Source: Lingula anatina (lineage: Eukaryota > Animalia > Brachiopoda). Taken from it: a stretch of 64,000 nt of DNA. Positions 26,601 to 38,193 of the stretch are shown here, piece by piece; the stretch's first letter is position 1; the number at the start of each line of letters is the position of its first letter. The position numbers were made by a program, and so were the translations under genes. The notes beneath the pieces were generated by a model, which was not told where the DNA came from, did no database searches, and saw nothing but the letters and a program-made list of their open reading frames with translations. Where the stretch lies: positions 19,530,001 to 19,594,000 of the forward strand of contig CM120645.1 of the NCBI GenBank assembly GCA_051362555.1, in the 5' to 3' direction.

Positions 26601-28338
26601 ACTCACCACTATACTATCGAGGACTGATGACACGCTGGCTAATTTTGTAGCTAGTTGGAAAGCGGCTCTGCGAAAAGTATAAACTCCAAAAAGTTATGAT
26701 TGTTTGTATGAAATTACGTTTTTATTTGATTCAACCGTAGAAACTTTAAACGTAGAAAAAAATTGTCATCAGAGTCACGTGTCTCCTGCTAGTCATCTGA
26801 AGAAGTCGGAGAAGAGAGAAAGTCCTATTAGGACTTGATATGCAACATTCTGAATGTGGTTACATTTTAAATAATTTAGGCGGGTTTAAAACTTAGGAAT
26901 ATAAAAAACATAATGTCTACCAAAAGCGGGAAATTTCGCAAAAACAGTATATAAAAATTTATGCAATTCATTTCACGCAAACCATTATAATAAATGGAGT
27001 GGATGAAAATGATGAAAATTTTGATATCTGAAGAACAAATCACTGGTTCAGACGCATAAAACTTTTACAATATGTTTAAATACAATAATGGTGGTAGTTG
27101 GGGAGAGTTTTTTTTACAAACGTGTAATGCCGAAATGCTTTTTTTGGAAATCCCACCTATATTATACAATTATAAAATGTCCAAAAATACCGAAAATCAT
27201 TTGATGTAATCCAAACACTAACAAGTCTGAATATTATTAGTCTAAATTGTAAGGTGGGAAGGGTGAGTAGCCCAATAGAGAGACTCAAGGCGAAATGGGA
27301 GGGTTGACACGTCTACTTTGACGCTTGCATACTTCTCTCATTCTCCTTGTCTATTTTTATCGCGTGCATACTCCTCTACCGAAATCCCCCAAACTTCTGA
27401 AATGTGCTTTTTCTATACGTCTACATTGACAACCCGACCACTATTCCCAGTTTGACCAACTTGTTGCTAGTATATACAGTTTATTTATTATTTTTTGATT
27501 AAATGTAATGTTTTGTTTTGTACGGATTAACCGAATATGTTTTTTTCAGCAGCCAGCCCTTGGCGGCGGCAATATTACGATACAAAGGGACAGTTTTGGC
27601 CAGACAGGCGGACTCGACATTGAGAGGTGAGGCAGACTGTTTTATATACAGTTTTCTACTATTGTATGGGAGCGGAACAGCACTGCACTCACCCCAAATT
27701 CCAAAGTTAACTGGTTACTCATCTCTGTAACTGTTATAATGCCTCCACGGTCTCCAGTCTCTTTTGAAACTCGGGGTATAGGCTACTTTGCTGTCCAGTG
27801 CCAGTTACCGCATCTTTCTATTACTCCACAGAACCTCCTTACAATTTACAGCGTGGCTTTCTGTCTTGAAAATAGCTACCTGTGGAAAATACCTATTTTA
27901 ATAGCTTAACCAGTCTATCTTAAAAGATACACTGGTTAAGATGTTTATGGCATCACGAAACGACCGAATGAATAAACCAGTATTTTAGAAGACTGTCCAT
28001 TGGGCCTATTTTGCAAAACTGCTAAAATACTTGAACTTAGTTAAAACTGCTAAACGCGAATAGTCGGCTCCATTAAGTCAATTTTGAAAATTTTGTTTAA
28101 AAGCATTTCACGAACAATTAGTTCACAATAGCTTTGGATTACACACCTCAAAGAATAATATATCCAGTGTGGTTAAATGTCTATAAGAGTATAGTTTAAA
28201 TAAGGCCGAAAGAACAAGGTCGGCGACTTGATAGATTCTTTGTGAAACACAACTTAGATGGCAAGCAAAGAAATTTCTTAAGTGCTGACCTAAGAATCTC
28301 TGAGAAACGTGAGCCAGACTTAGCAAAGAACCGCTTAT

Positions 28339-28374
<36 letters not shown>

Positions 28375-29201
28375 GTAAAACATGGTCTTGGATTTCCAAT
28401 AAAACATTTAGAATACAGTGTAATTTTCTGTCTTTTTAAGATTTACGCTGAAGAACGACCATGACGTTACAATGCAGGTCATTTCATACGGTGCTACTTG
28501 GACCACGCTACACGTGCCTGACCGTAACGGTGCAGTCTCCGACGTAGTACTTGGCTACGACGACATACAAGGTAAAAAAGAAATACAAATGAATATTGTG
28601 GCTGTTCGTATTCAAAGGTCCTATATTTGAATTGCTTTAATTATGTTCTGACATTTGTAACATTTACAGCACAAATGCTTCTCCAAAATCCATCTTGTTA
28701 AAATTCTTGGTTATATGCATACAGGATTCACGCTCAAGTTCTTTATTTACTTATATCCCCTTCTTTCTTCGCTTGATTACGTACCTATACTCCCCCGCAC
28801 CGATACTCCCCCGCACCGATACTCCCCCGCTTCTTTACATCCCCGCACCGATACTCCCCCGCACTGATACTCCCGCGTACCGATACTCCGCAAAAACACT
28901 ACTCCCCCAAGGCATAGATTCCCTTGGCTTTGTAAACCCCATTCGTAATTTACAACACTTTCTATAATGCTTTTTTTTTCAAGATGCATCACCCTCTTGG
29001 GACCCAGAATTGACTAATTTTATTCGAAATATATTGGGAAAAATAAAGAACGTTACACGAAGTCAATCTCAGACTTTGTGTGCAGCTTGACAGTACGTAG
29101 GTCTACAGCTCTTCCTTGTGATTTTTGAGAAATGTTTTTGCAAAATTAATTTCGTTCTCCTACTGTACTCAGTAGTTACTGTATATATAATGTACTGCCT
29201 T

Positions 29202-29250
<49 letters not shown>

Positions 29251-30975
29251 TTAACTTAAGGCAAAGTTAGTTTTAATCTAAGATAACGCAGCTATGTCTT
29301 TTTTTCAGGCAACGATGAATTCGTAAAATTATTAAGTAATAAAAAAGAAGTGCTAAAGCGCTTCGTTTTCCGTCTTTTTCCTCCAACCTTCTTTTCTGCT
29401 CTTTAAGCTTCTTTCCCTTGTCTTTTGAATCTGAATTAGATTAGAATCTGAATTTAGCAAAATTCAAAAATTTTGAAAATTGTTGCACAACGAAATTGTC
29501 GAGACACGAGCATGCGTCGTGAGCGCGCTTTTTATACTCGCAGTCCCGTCTTGTTTTCGATTTTGTTCGTTATAGATGTGAGGGCGTGCGCCGTACTCAA
29601 CACGCAAAGGGCTCTTTCTCCTTCATTTCTTGCGGCGCGCATCTTGGACCAGGCAAGTCTCACTTGCAAACCAATCGCAAACTCCTTAAATAGAAAGGGA
29701 GCAAATTACGCTTGCGGCCCCGCTGTCCGCAGATTATTCGTAGAATCTATTGGAAATGTTCAATATCTATCGTACGTGCTTAGGCCTACATACGTGCGAA
29801 CTCGAAATTTCGCATAAAGGACTTGCGTAGTACATGAGATTCTCCGCAAAATTTGGACTTTAACGGGTCGTAGATTTTGATCCACTTACCTAGACTGACC
29901 CTAACCTGTATAATTAAATGGAGGGTTGACTCTGTTACTCCATCCTCAGTTTCGTCAAAATTGCATAGGGGGAGTAATGATGCGGGGGAGTATCGGTGCG
30001 GGGGAGTAACGGTGCGGGGGAGTAACGGTGCGCGTATAACGGCAATTTTACAGGGGGTTTATCGATGCGGGGATCTATCGGTGTGGGGTCGTATCGATGT
30101 GCATAATGCAAAAATTTACTAAGGGGGAGTATCGGTGCGGGGAAGTATTGGTGCGGGGGAGTAACGGTGCGGGGGAGTATCGGTGCGGGGGAGTAACGGT
30201 GCGGGGGAGTATCGGCATGACCCCGAATAGGTTATTATTCCCGTTCCTTCCATTTTGTCTTTTCTTCTAAATTTCATTTTTAGATTTATTTAATTTTTTT
30301 TCATTTAACAAAAAGTAATAATGAGACAGACCAATCAAAATTACTTAATAGAAACTATTTTTCACGAAAATATAGGTTATGTGAACGGCGTGTCGTCTAT
30401 TGGAGCTACAATCGGCCGCGTCGCCAACAGAATTAGTAATGCTCGATTTACTATAGATGGCACCACGTATGACACGCCCAAAAATGAAAGAGGAAAACAG
30501 ACGCTTCACGGCGGTGATCCATCCTTAAGTAAGGTAATATTCTCCGCTTTAAAGCATCATAGATGTAGTCTTACAATTTCATGACTTTTTTTACCTGTAT
30601 TTTTAGGGATCATGACCTTCTTTCGAACAATTTTTAAACTACATGCATGCAACTGTTCATTTTAAAATCATGCAAACAAATTATTTTAAAATAATCAGAA
30701 AAGATGTATTGATACTGTTAAGTTTGAGATTAACTTTATTGCGGTCGGTAGGTCCTTGAAAAATTGTCGATAATGTCAGGAAGTTTCCATTCTTCTTCTC
30801 GCAAAAACATTAACAACGACAATTTAGCTATTGATAATATTGATTTATGTGTTTTTGCATCCTTTTCCAGTTTATTTGGACACCAAAAGTCGGTCCGGGC
30901 TTTGTGGAATTTGCATACCGCAGTCCTGATGGTGAAAATGGTTTTCCTGGAACGATGGACATAACAACAAGGTTT

Positions 30976-31029
<54 letters not shown>

Positions 31030-34000
31030 CAGATATTGAATGTATTACGTAGTATTACACATGTTGATAAGCCTAAATGATTTTTCAGGTACACATTGAC
31101 AAATAAGAATGAAATCATAATCGACTTCGAGGCAACCACAGACAAGGCCACGCCCATCAATATGTGTAACCACGCCTACTTCAACTTAGCCGGACAGGTA
31201 ATTCCTGTTTGTTTGGCCTTTTCGGATAGCGTAAAATGAAAACAGGCCATTATACACAACTTTGCGATATCAGAGCGATATAGTTCATTTAGTTGCACCA
31301 ATGAATTGCGAGTTACTTTTTTAGGTAACGGTTTTTTTATTCTCTTCAATGCTGAAAAGATTTTTGAAAAATATCAAGCCTCCCCGACGGGGAATTGAAC
31401 CCCGGTCTCCCGCGTGACAGGCGGGGATACTCACCACTATACTATCGAGGATTGACTGATTTTTAGAAATTTGCTCCGCCTTAGAAGCCAAACTGTTTTT
31501 TTCCTTTATGGTTATTTGTCTTGTCTTTTATATGTTGCAAGCTTTTGTTATTCTTTGTTTATTTTTTTATTTATTTTGAATAGCCTTATCTGATTTGCAA
31601 ATATAGATTTTAATTCCACGAGATGAATCAAGTTGTAAATAATTTTTTAATGATTTCATATCGCCGAATGTCTTTTAATACGTTAATGAAAGCTCCCACT
31701 AGTCGTGGTTATTCGATATGAAGATAGGGTTTTAAAGAATAATTTAAACGCGTTCTATTTAGGGAAACAGAACAATGACGGACCATAAGATAGCGATCTA
31801 CGCAGACAGTTATTTGCCAGTGGACGCCGAACTTATCCCCACAGGTGCGTGGTTATATTGATACTTGGGAAATAACTTGCCCTTACCAAAAAACATCAGG
31901 CCTGTAGCCTGGGGGGGGGGGGGGGGGGGGGGGGGGTCGAAAGAACCCCCTTTTTGCCGGGAAAGGGTAACCTCTGGGTAAAATTTTATTTGGATACATG
32001 AAGGTAAAAGATCCACATTTTCCGTAAAAGACCCCCCTTTTGAAATTGCTGGCTACGGGCCAGGTTGACAGACTGATATCCAAACACGAGGTCGATAACA
32101 CAATTATTGTTACACACAGATATTATTTAAAATAGGATCAAATTTATTCATACGAAATTGCGCGAGTCTACCGCATGTTACCCTGCTCCACAAATCTCCA
32201 ATTTTTTATTTGCTGAGGATGAACCCCATTACACCATTCTCAGATTGGTTTCTATTCACCTCACTGATGGACAGATTTTTGAAAAAATACTTAGCCTCCC
32301 CGACGGGGAATCGAACCCCGGTCTCCCGCGTGACAGGCGGGGATACTCACCACTATACTATCGAGGATTGAATGTTAGGCGTTGGTCATACAAAGTTCCT
32401 GGGTCTGAGAAGCCACTTTTGATAATTTTTTTCCAAAACATTCTATTCTCGTGAGATTTACACACTATAGTTGCTGTAACAGTCTTTTTTTTTTTTTTTT
32501 CGATGTTCGTCAAAATATCTTAGGTCTGCGTTTTTTCATCTATCCAAAATATCATAAAACTTAGCGTTCGTTTCCTGACAAAAACGCAGCTTTTACTCAC
32601 TCAAATCTCAACGATAATGGTCCAATCCCCCCATTCACAAAAACCCATAACTTTAACCTGTCTGTACTCTGTGGTTTCATATTTCGTGTAAATGTGCAGC
32701 TTCTTTATTTTCTTAACTATCAAGGTTTTTGAGTATGCTAATTAGAGTTCAGAGAACAAAGTACGCTATTCTTTTAATCTCATCACCTCACATTTCTTTG
32801 AGAAAGAACTAATTAATGAAATAAGGATATTGTTAGCCTTTGCCAAAAACTCCTTATTTACTGTTATCTGTTATCTGTTACGCCCGCGGAATAAATTTAA
32901 TGTTTGGGGCAACTAAAAGATATAAAGCAGCCTAGTATTTTGTTTTATTGATACTGTTTGCCCACTGGACACGAACATATAAACAATTTATAGAGCAAAG
33001 TAAAATATGTTATTTAGCCAGTATCTTTGTATGAAAATAATATTACTGAAAGATGACAAATTTACTTTATTATAAGACACGCTTGATAGAATAGTGGCAT
33101 ACAGGGATCGGTGTGATCTCCTGTATAAAGTCCGTTACTCCCAGATGAAGAGAGTGAGACGGCCGAGAGACGGTAGGTAAAGACGCTAGCTCTTACATCA
33201 CTCAGATGTAGACAGAGAGACCCCGGGGAGATCGTCGAGGCTGTTTATGTCTGCGTGCCAGACATGTAGCCCGTGTATGAGGAACAAAGACTTCTAGAAA
33301 CTACAGCGTTGGCTGCTGTGTTCCTTTTATGTACATGTACCGGTCAATTCAAAAATAGTTAACCAACAACAGTTACATTACATTACATTACATTACATAA
33401 GTTCTTTAGTATAACAGGCCCCTGTACCAATAGACTACACTGTATCGTAGCTTGACGCTAGACTCATGAGCTCGTTTCTTTACAGGTGTCATAGCTCCAG
33501 TGCAGGGGACGCAGTTTGACCTACGACAACCCACACTGCTAAGTAACGCACGCCTTGCAAGTATACCAGGCGGTGGCTACGACCATAACTTTTGTGTTAA
33601 TGGCACGACGGGTCTGAAGTATATGGCCAGGTATTTATAGGCAAATTTTTTAAATTTATTTCTGTGCCAGTTAATCATTCACTGTATATTGTTATTATCT
33701 GTTATAAAATGAAATTTACTGATGAATCCAGGATGCGTTAGTTGCGCCTTGTAGCAATAACGCAATCGGAGTCAAATTCCGCGCATCTGTACATGTAGCA
33801 CCAACAAGGTCTAACTAACACAATAATGTCTAACATATTATTCCAAGATCCCAAACAGAAATGTGAAATGTGCAGTCATTTACTGACGAGTCTTTTTTTT
33901 TCGTAAGATTTCCCTTAACCCAGAGGTCCTGAGTTTCATAGGTCACTGGAAACTCAACTCTAATTTTTGCATGCCACTCTTTTCCATTAGAGACTGGTAT

Positions 34001-34624
34001 GATGATATCAATGAGTCGAGTTTCCAGCGACCTCTAAAATTTTAGGTAAATCAAACCTCGGTTCATTCTCGATTTTATCAAATTCTTTACATTCAGGGTT
34101 GTTCACGAGGCATCAGGTCGCGTGCTGGAGGTCTTTTCCGACCAGCCAGGCGTTCAGCTGTACTCCAGTATCCACTTCGGTAGCACGGAAGAGCTAGGGA
34201 AGGGCGGCGTACGCTACCCGCAGTTTGCTGCGTTATGTCTAGAGACACAGAATTATCCAGACGCTATTAATAATGTAGGTCATATTACATCTTCATTATT
34301 TAAATCGCGCTATGATCAACATATTGTGCCCTATATATTTTCATTCCGTAGTCGAAGAAATTTAAAACGAAAAGGTGGAAATTGTATTCATTTAGGTTTT
34401 CTTCTTCATTTTTTTTCGATCATTACAGTGTATACATATAATGTGATTGCTTTTTATTCTTTTTTTCTGAACCAAAGTGGAAGTCATTTTCTATCAACAA
34501 ATTGTACTGTAATGTAAATTATTTATTTTTTCAGGAAAATTTTCCGGATTCCGTGCTAAGGCCCGGATCTGTGTACAAACAGAGAGTTATATACAAGTTC
34601 TCCACGCTGATGGGATCTTCGTAA
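20125..34624 (+). CDS. GALM: Aldose 1-epimerase (galactose mutarotase)-like protein with N-terminal TM anchor, 436 aa; exons 20125-20364, 27550-27626, 28441-28571, 30376-30533, 30871-30971, 31089-31197, 31763-31844, 33486-33630, 34097-34274, 34535-34624
   Basis: Motifs [50 protein letters not shown] (catalytic His), [31 protein letters not shown] (catalytic Glu), LRPG..Y; exon lengths sum to 1311 nt in frame. Linkage of exon 1 is inferred from splice phase. Confidence 0.9.
21696..21956 (-). mobile_element. Non-autonomous TIR element (CAGTGGCGGAT family), copy 2
   Basis: cagggacggatccag ... aaatccgccactg; reverse-complement homolog of 3561-3824. Confidence 0.75.
23004..23217. mobile_element. 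PIF/Harbinger-like MITE (TAA TSD)
   Basis: TAA on both flanks; ends gaccccattccca / tgggaatacgccc with subterminal tagatcgat; relatives at 38099-38193 and 46133-46387. Confidence 0.65.
24340..24411 (-). tRNA. tRNA-Asp (GTC), copy 1
   Basis: TCCTCGATAGTATAGTGGTAAGTATCCCCGCCTGTCACGCGGGAGACCGGGGTTCAATTCCCCGTCGGGGAG; downstream T-run. Confidence 0.95.
25526..25597 (-). tRNA. tRNA-Asp (GTC), copy 2
   Basis: Same cloverleaf; D-loop GGTGAG, T-loop TTCAA; T-run terminator. Confidence 0.95.
26552..26623 (-). tRNA. tRNA-Asp (GTC), copy 3
   Basis: Same cloverleaf; T-loop TTCGA; T-run terminator. Confidence 0.95.
28786..30224. mobile_element. Foldback-like element with inverted arrays of a 16-bp unit
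   Basis: ccgatactcccccgca tandem units at ~28786-28910 and inverse tgcgggggagtatcgg units at ~29967-30215; right terminus ggcatgacccc; no coding ORF inside. Confidence 0.7.
31380..31451 (-). tRNA. tRNA-Asp (GTC), copy 4
   Basis: Same cloverleaf; T-loop TTCAA; lies in GALM intron 6. Confidence 0.95.
32296..32367 (-). tRNA. tRNA-Asp (GTC), copy 5
   Basis: Same cloverleaf; T-loop TTCGA; lies in GALM intron 7. Confidence 0.95.
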
Positions 34625-34846
34625 TTTTGTTAAAATTTTCAAATGTTTATGATGAAAAAAGTCAGGGTTGACATTTCATACGGGATATAAAGTGTAATTA
34701 TAATGTTGTCAATCACATATGGTAAATATGAAAGCATAATGTACTCTTTATGAGGTCCGAGTTCAAATGCGCCAAAGAAAATATTCTGAAAAAAGGAAGA
34801 AATATTTGACATTGCAAAAATTCATATTATTTCTATAGTTTAAACA

Positions 34847-34895
<49 letters not shown>

Positions 34896-35314
34896 AACTG
34901 TAAATGTTACATAAATTTCAATTGTAGTCATGATTTTTATACTTTGATGTAAATTGTTTTGTTACAATAAATTCGTTATACCATTGTCATACACGTAGTT
35001 AAGAACCGTCACGTATACATACAACCCTAGCTACTACCTGGAACTGGCACAGTTTTTCAGATCGTTCGATTTCTCCAAACTGCTAAATCACCAATGCAGT
35101 GCAATGCAATGTGAAATGATCTAACCCTTTGTCAAAATGAACACTTGTTTCTGCTACTTTTCTGTCGTGGGCAACCTAGGATAACGGTTTTCCTTTCGAC
35201 TATTTGGTCTCGAATTCCCCAAAAGTCGTGTTCATTGCACTTTTATTACAATGGCGCCTACCAAGAGGGCAGAAGATCCCCCAGGCCCTATCTCTCGGGG
35301 TCACAAATTAATGC

Positions 35315-35858
35315 CTACCACGACGCAGTTGACCCGTCCAGGCCGTGTCTCTCGGGTCCCATGGTCATATAGCCTCCGTCAACGGCAACGTCGGACCCCG
35401 TCACGAAAGAAGCGTCGCGGCTGCACAGGAAAGCCACGGTGGCGGCCACCTCGGCCATTTCACCAACGCGGTTGAGCATGTCAAATTTGCCCCAGATAGG
35501 ATTCCACTTTGCCTTGTCGAAGTTGACGCCCTTAGCAGACTGCAAGGAAATAAAATGATTACAGATGGTAACTTTAGAACATCGAATTAAAAGCGAAAGG
35601 AGAAAACACTTAGCGACGGCTCAAAGATGTTTGGACAGGAGTTTTTTTTTTTAACTCCGACCAACATTTTACGCGTTTGAAGAAATGTAAATAATAATGA
35701 TAATAATGTTCATGATTTCAGTATCCTTAACTTAAAAAACGCACTTTAAAAATTAATAACATGGTTCCTATCCATTATTGATGGTCAGGATTTTTTAATA
35801 TAAAGTTATATAAGTGAATTTTAGAAGTTTGGTTTAAAAAGCAGATATTTTGAGCACC

Positions 35859-35897
<39 letters not shown>

Positions 35898-36373
35898 CCC
35901 TTACCTCTGGTGACCAAATCCATCCCGGAGACACTGTGTTAACTCGTATACCGTCATTTGATAGATCAAGTGCCATGCACCGGGACATCTGCAGGATGGC
36001 CCCCTTACTGGACGCGTATGTCCATCTGGTCACTTGGGCGATGTGACTGGAGATACTGCCGATATTTACTATGGCGCGGTCGCCCTCGGAGGCTGAGCAG
36101 AAAAGGAAATAAAAAGGAGCTTAGAGTTTTAAAATTTAGGAAAAGTAGCAGCAATAGAAAACAGGCGAGATAAGTAGAAAATAAGTTTTCAAAGAAGCCG
36201 AACTGCAAACTGAGATTCTGAGAGTGTCGAGGATGACCCTTCTCCGCATTGCCTCAATTTAAGTTTTTTTTTCGCTACATTCCTAAACGGACATTTTGCC
36301 TTTATTGATATGTTCTGTAAAAATGGCGATATAGTCACCTGACAAGGGTGGCGGTACTACAGAACTGATAAAA

Positions 36374-36434
<61 letters not shown>

Positions 36435-37981
36435 TAGTTGAGGGACTGCCAACCTGGACAACCCTGTGCCGGTCACCTTTTTGGCGTTTGCAGTAGGGTA
36501 GTGACCCAGGGATTAGAGGGTAGGTTAAAATATACCAGGAGCCTGCCCCACAAGAGAACTTTAGCCCCAATAAAAACGAATCAAAACTTTAAGTCTACTT
36601 CAGTTGTAGATGTAGATAAACATAGTGGTCCGTAAATACTTGTCTCAAACATTTTCTTGTTATAAACAGCTTGGACTACAGGTGCAACTGATTTATCTTT
36701 GGTAAAGTAGAATAAATTTTTGTATAAAAGATAATATCTATAATCTGGATGAGGTTATTTTGTGACATAACGGACCTATGGAGACTGACCTTTCTTCATA
36801 TGTGGATGACAAGCCTGGACCATGTTGGCCACGCCCTGGACGTTGACACTCATCGTCTTCTGCCAGTCGTCTTTTTCTGCGTCAAGCGCTGGATTAAGAA
36901 ATTAAGAAATTGGAGCTATTCAAATGTTATGTTGATGCCATTTGTACGTCGCCCAGAAAATGATAATACTTTTTCTGAAAATGAATATTTCCTGAAAGAA
37001 TTCCCTGAAATGGTTGTTCAGGTGCATGTAGTATATTGTATATAGTGTATTGTGTATATATATAAAATTTTGATTAGATCTTTAAATGTGGTTAAATTTA
37101 TGTTTCAATGTATTTGGGAATATGAAAATAAATCCTCCTATACGTGCATACACGAGTCATTTTTCTATCATTTTTGCTATTTATCAACCATTTTTATCCC
37201 TTCTCCGTTGATATCTATTTCTGCAAAAAAGAGTCGAACAAACACACGCGCACTCACACACAATGAGTTAAGATTGAAGTAAAATATAGGCCAAAAACCC
37301 AGCACAATAATTATTCATGTATCCTAGGGCCCGCTTCAAGATTGACCTTTAGCATTATCTAAATATGCACACACGACCACAAGACGAACATATTTTGATA
37401 ATAAAACGTGTGGGGTATCTTATCTAGCTTGAATTGGCTGCGATTTCTGATGTGTCTAAATGCAGTGCCCTAAATTAGACCCGTCGCTCAGAATGTATTC
37501 TTAATATTAGATATCAAATGGCAGTACTAGTCATAACTAGTGCGTTCCGATAATCACGCAACAGCTTGTTAATTCATCTGTTGCTTTCATTAAGAATATG
37601 CAGGTAGAATAGAAGACTGCGGGTATCACCTTTGGATCCAAAAAACACCGCAGAATTCACCACATAGTTAATACACCCTCCATGCACATCCGCGATCTTC
37701 GTCGCAGTCTCAAAGCACGTGTCCCTGTTCGACACGTCAACGTAGTGAAACGTAACGTCGTACCCTGCCGCGCGTAGCTCTGTCTCTAAAGCCTTCCCTC
37801 CATCTTGGTTGATGTCGATGAACGCCACGGAAGCGCCGTCACTGGCGAAACGCTTCACACATTCACGTGCGATGCCGGACGCACCACCAGTGATAACGGC
37901 GACGTGGTTCTTAAATCTCCCCTTGGTGTGTTCTTGGTTCAGTTTAGGCTGGGGGAATTTCTGGTCATACGCGTCAGACAT
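35315..37981 (-). CDS. Classical short-chain dehydrogenase/reductase, probably NAD-preferring, 287 aa; exons 37981-37630, 36888-36790, 36092-35905, 35539-35315
   Basis: VITGGASGIA Rossmann motif, acidic residue after beta-2 (FID), IVNIGSIS, YASSK catalytic motif, IRVNTVSPG, SFVTGSDVAVDGGY; exon lengths sum to 864 nt. Confidence 0.93.
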
Positions 37982-38098
37982 CTTTCAAAGCGTATATATA
38001 TATATAACTTTAGACCTCCCCCTCAGCAAAGCAGAGATTTCATAGCACAGTTGATATATCAGTTGACCCAAGAAATGTGCACTTTGATATGACTGTGA

Positions 38099-38193
38099 GT
38101 GCATTCCCATAGATTTAGATCGATCCAGCTGACAGTAATCTAGTGAGATTCCCCACAGGGATAGATCGATCTAAAATCTGTGGGAATGGGGTC
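38099..38193. mobile_element. Internally deleted copy of the 23004-23217 MITE family
   Basis: cattcccatagatttagatcgat ... atcgatctaaaatctgtgggaatg; shares gacagtaat.tagtgaga.tcccca. Confidence 0.65.

Noticed and set aside
24340-32367. tRNA-derived SINEs
   Set aside because: Copies are full-length intact tRNAs with no shared SINE body, tail or TSD
35315-37981. Bacterial contamination
   Set aside because: The gene has GT-AG introns containing host-type microsatellites
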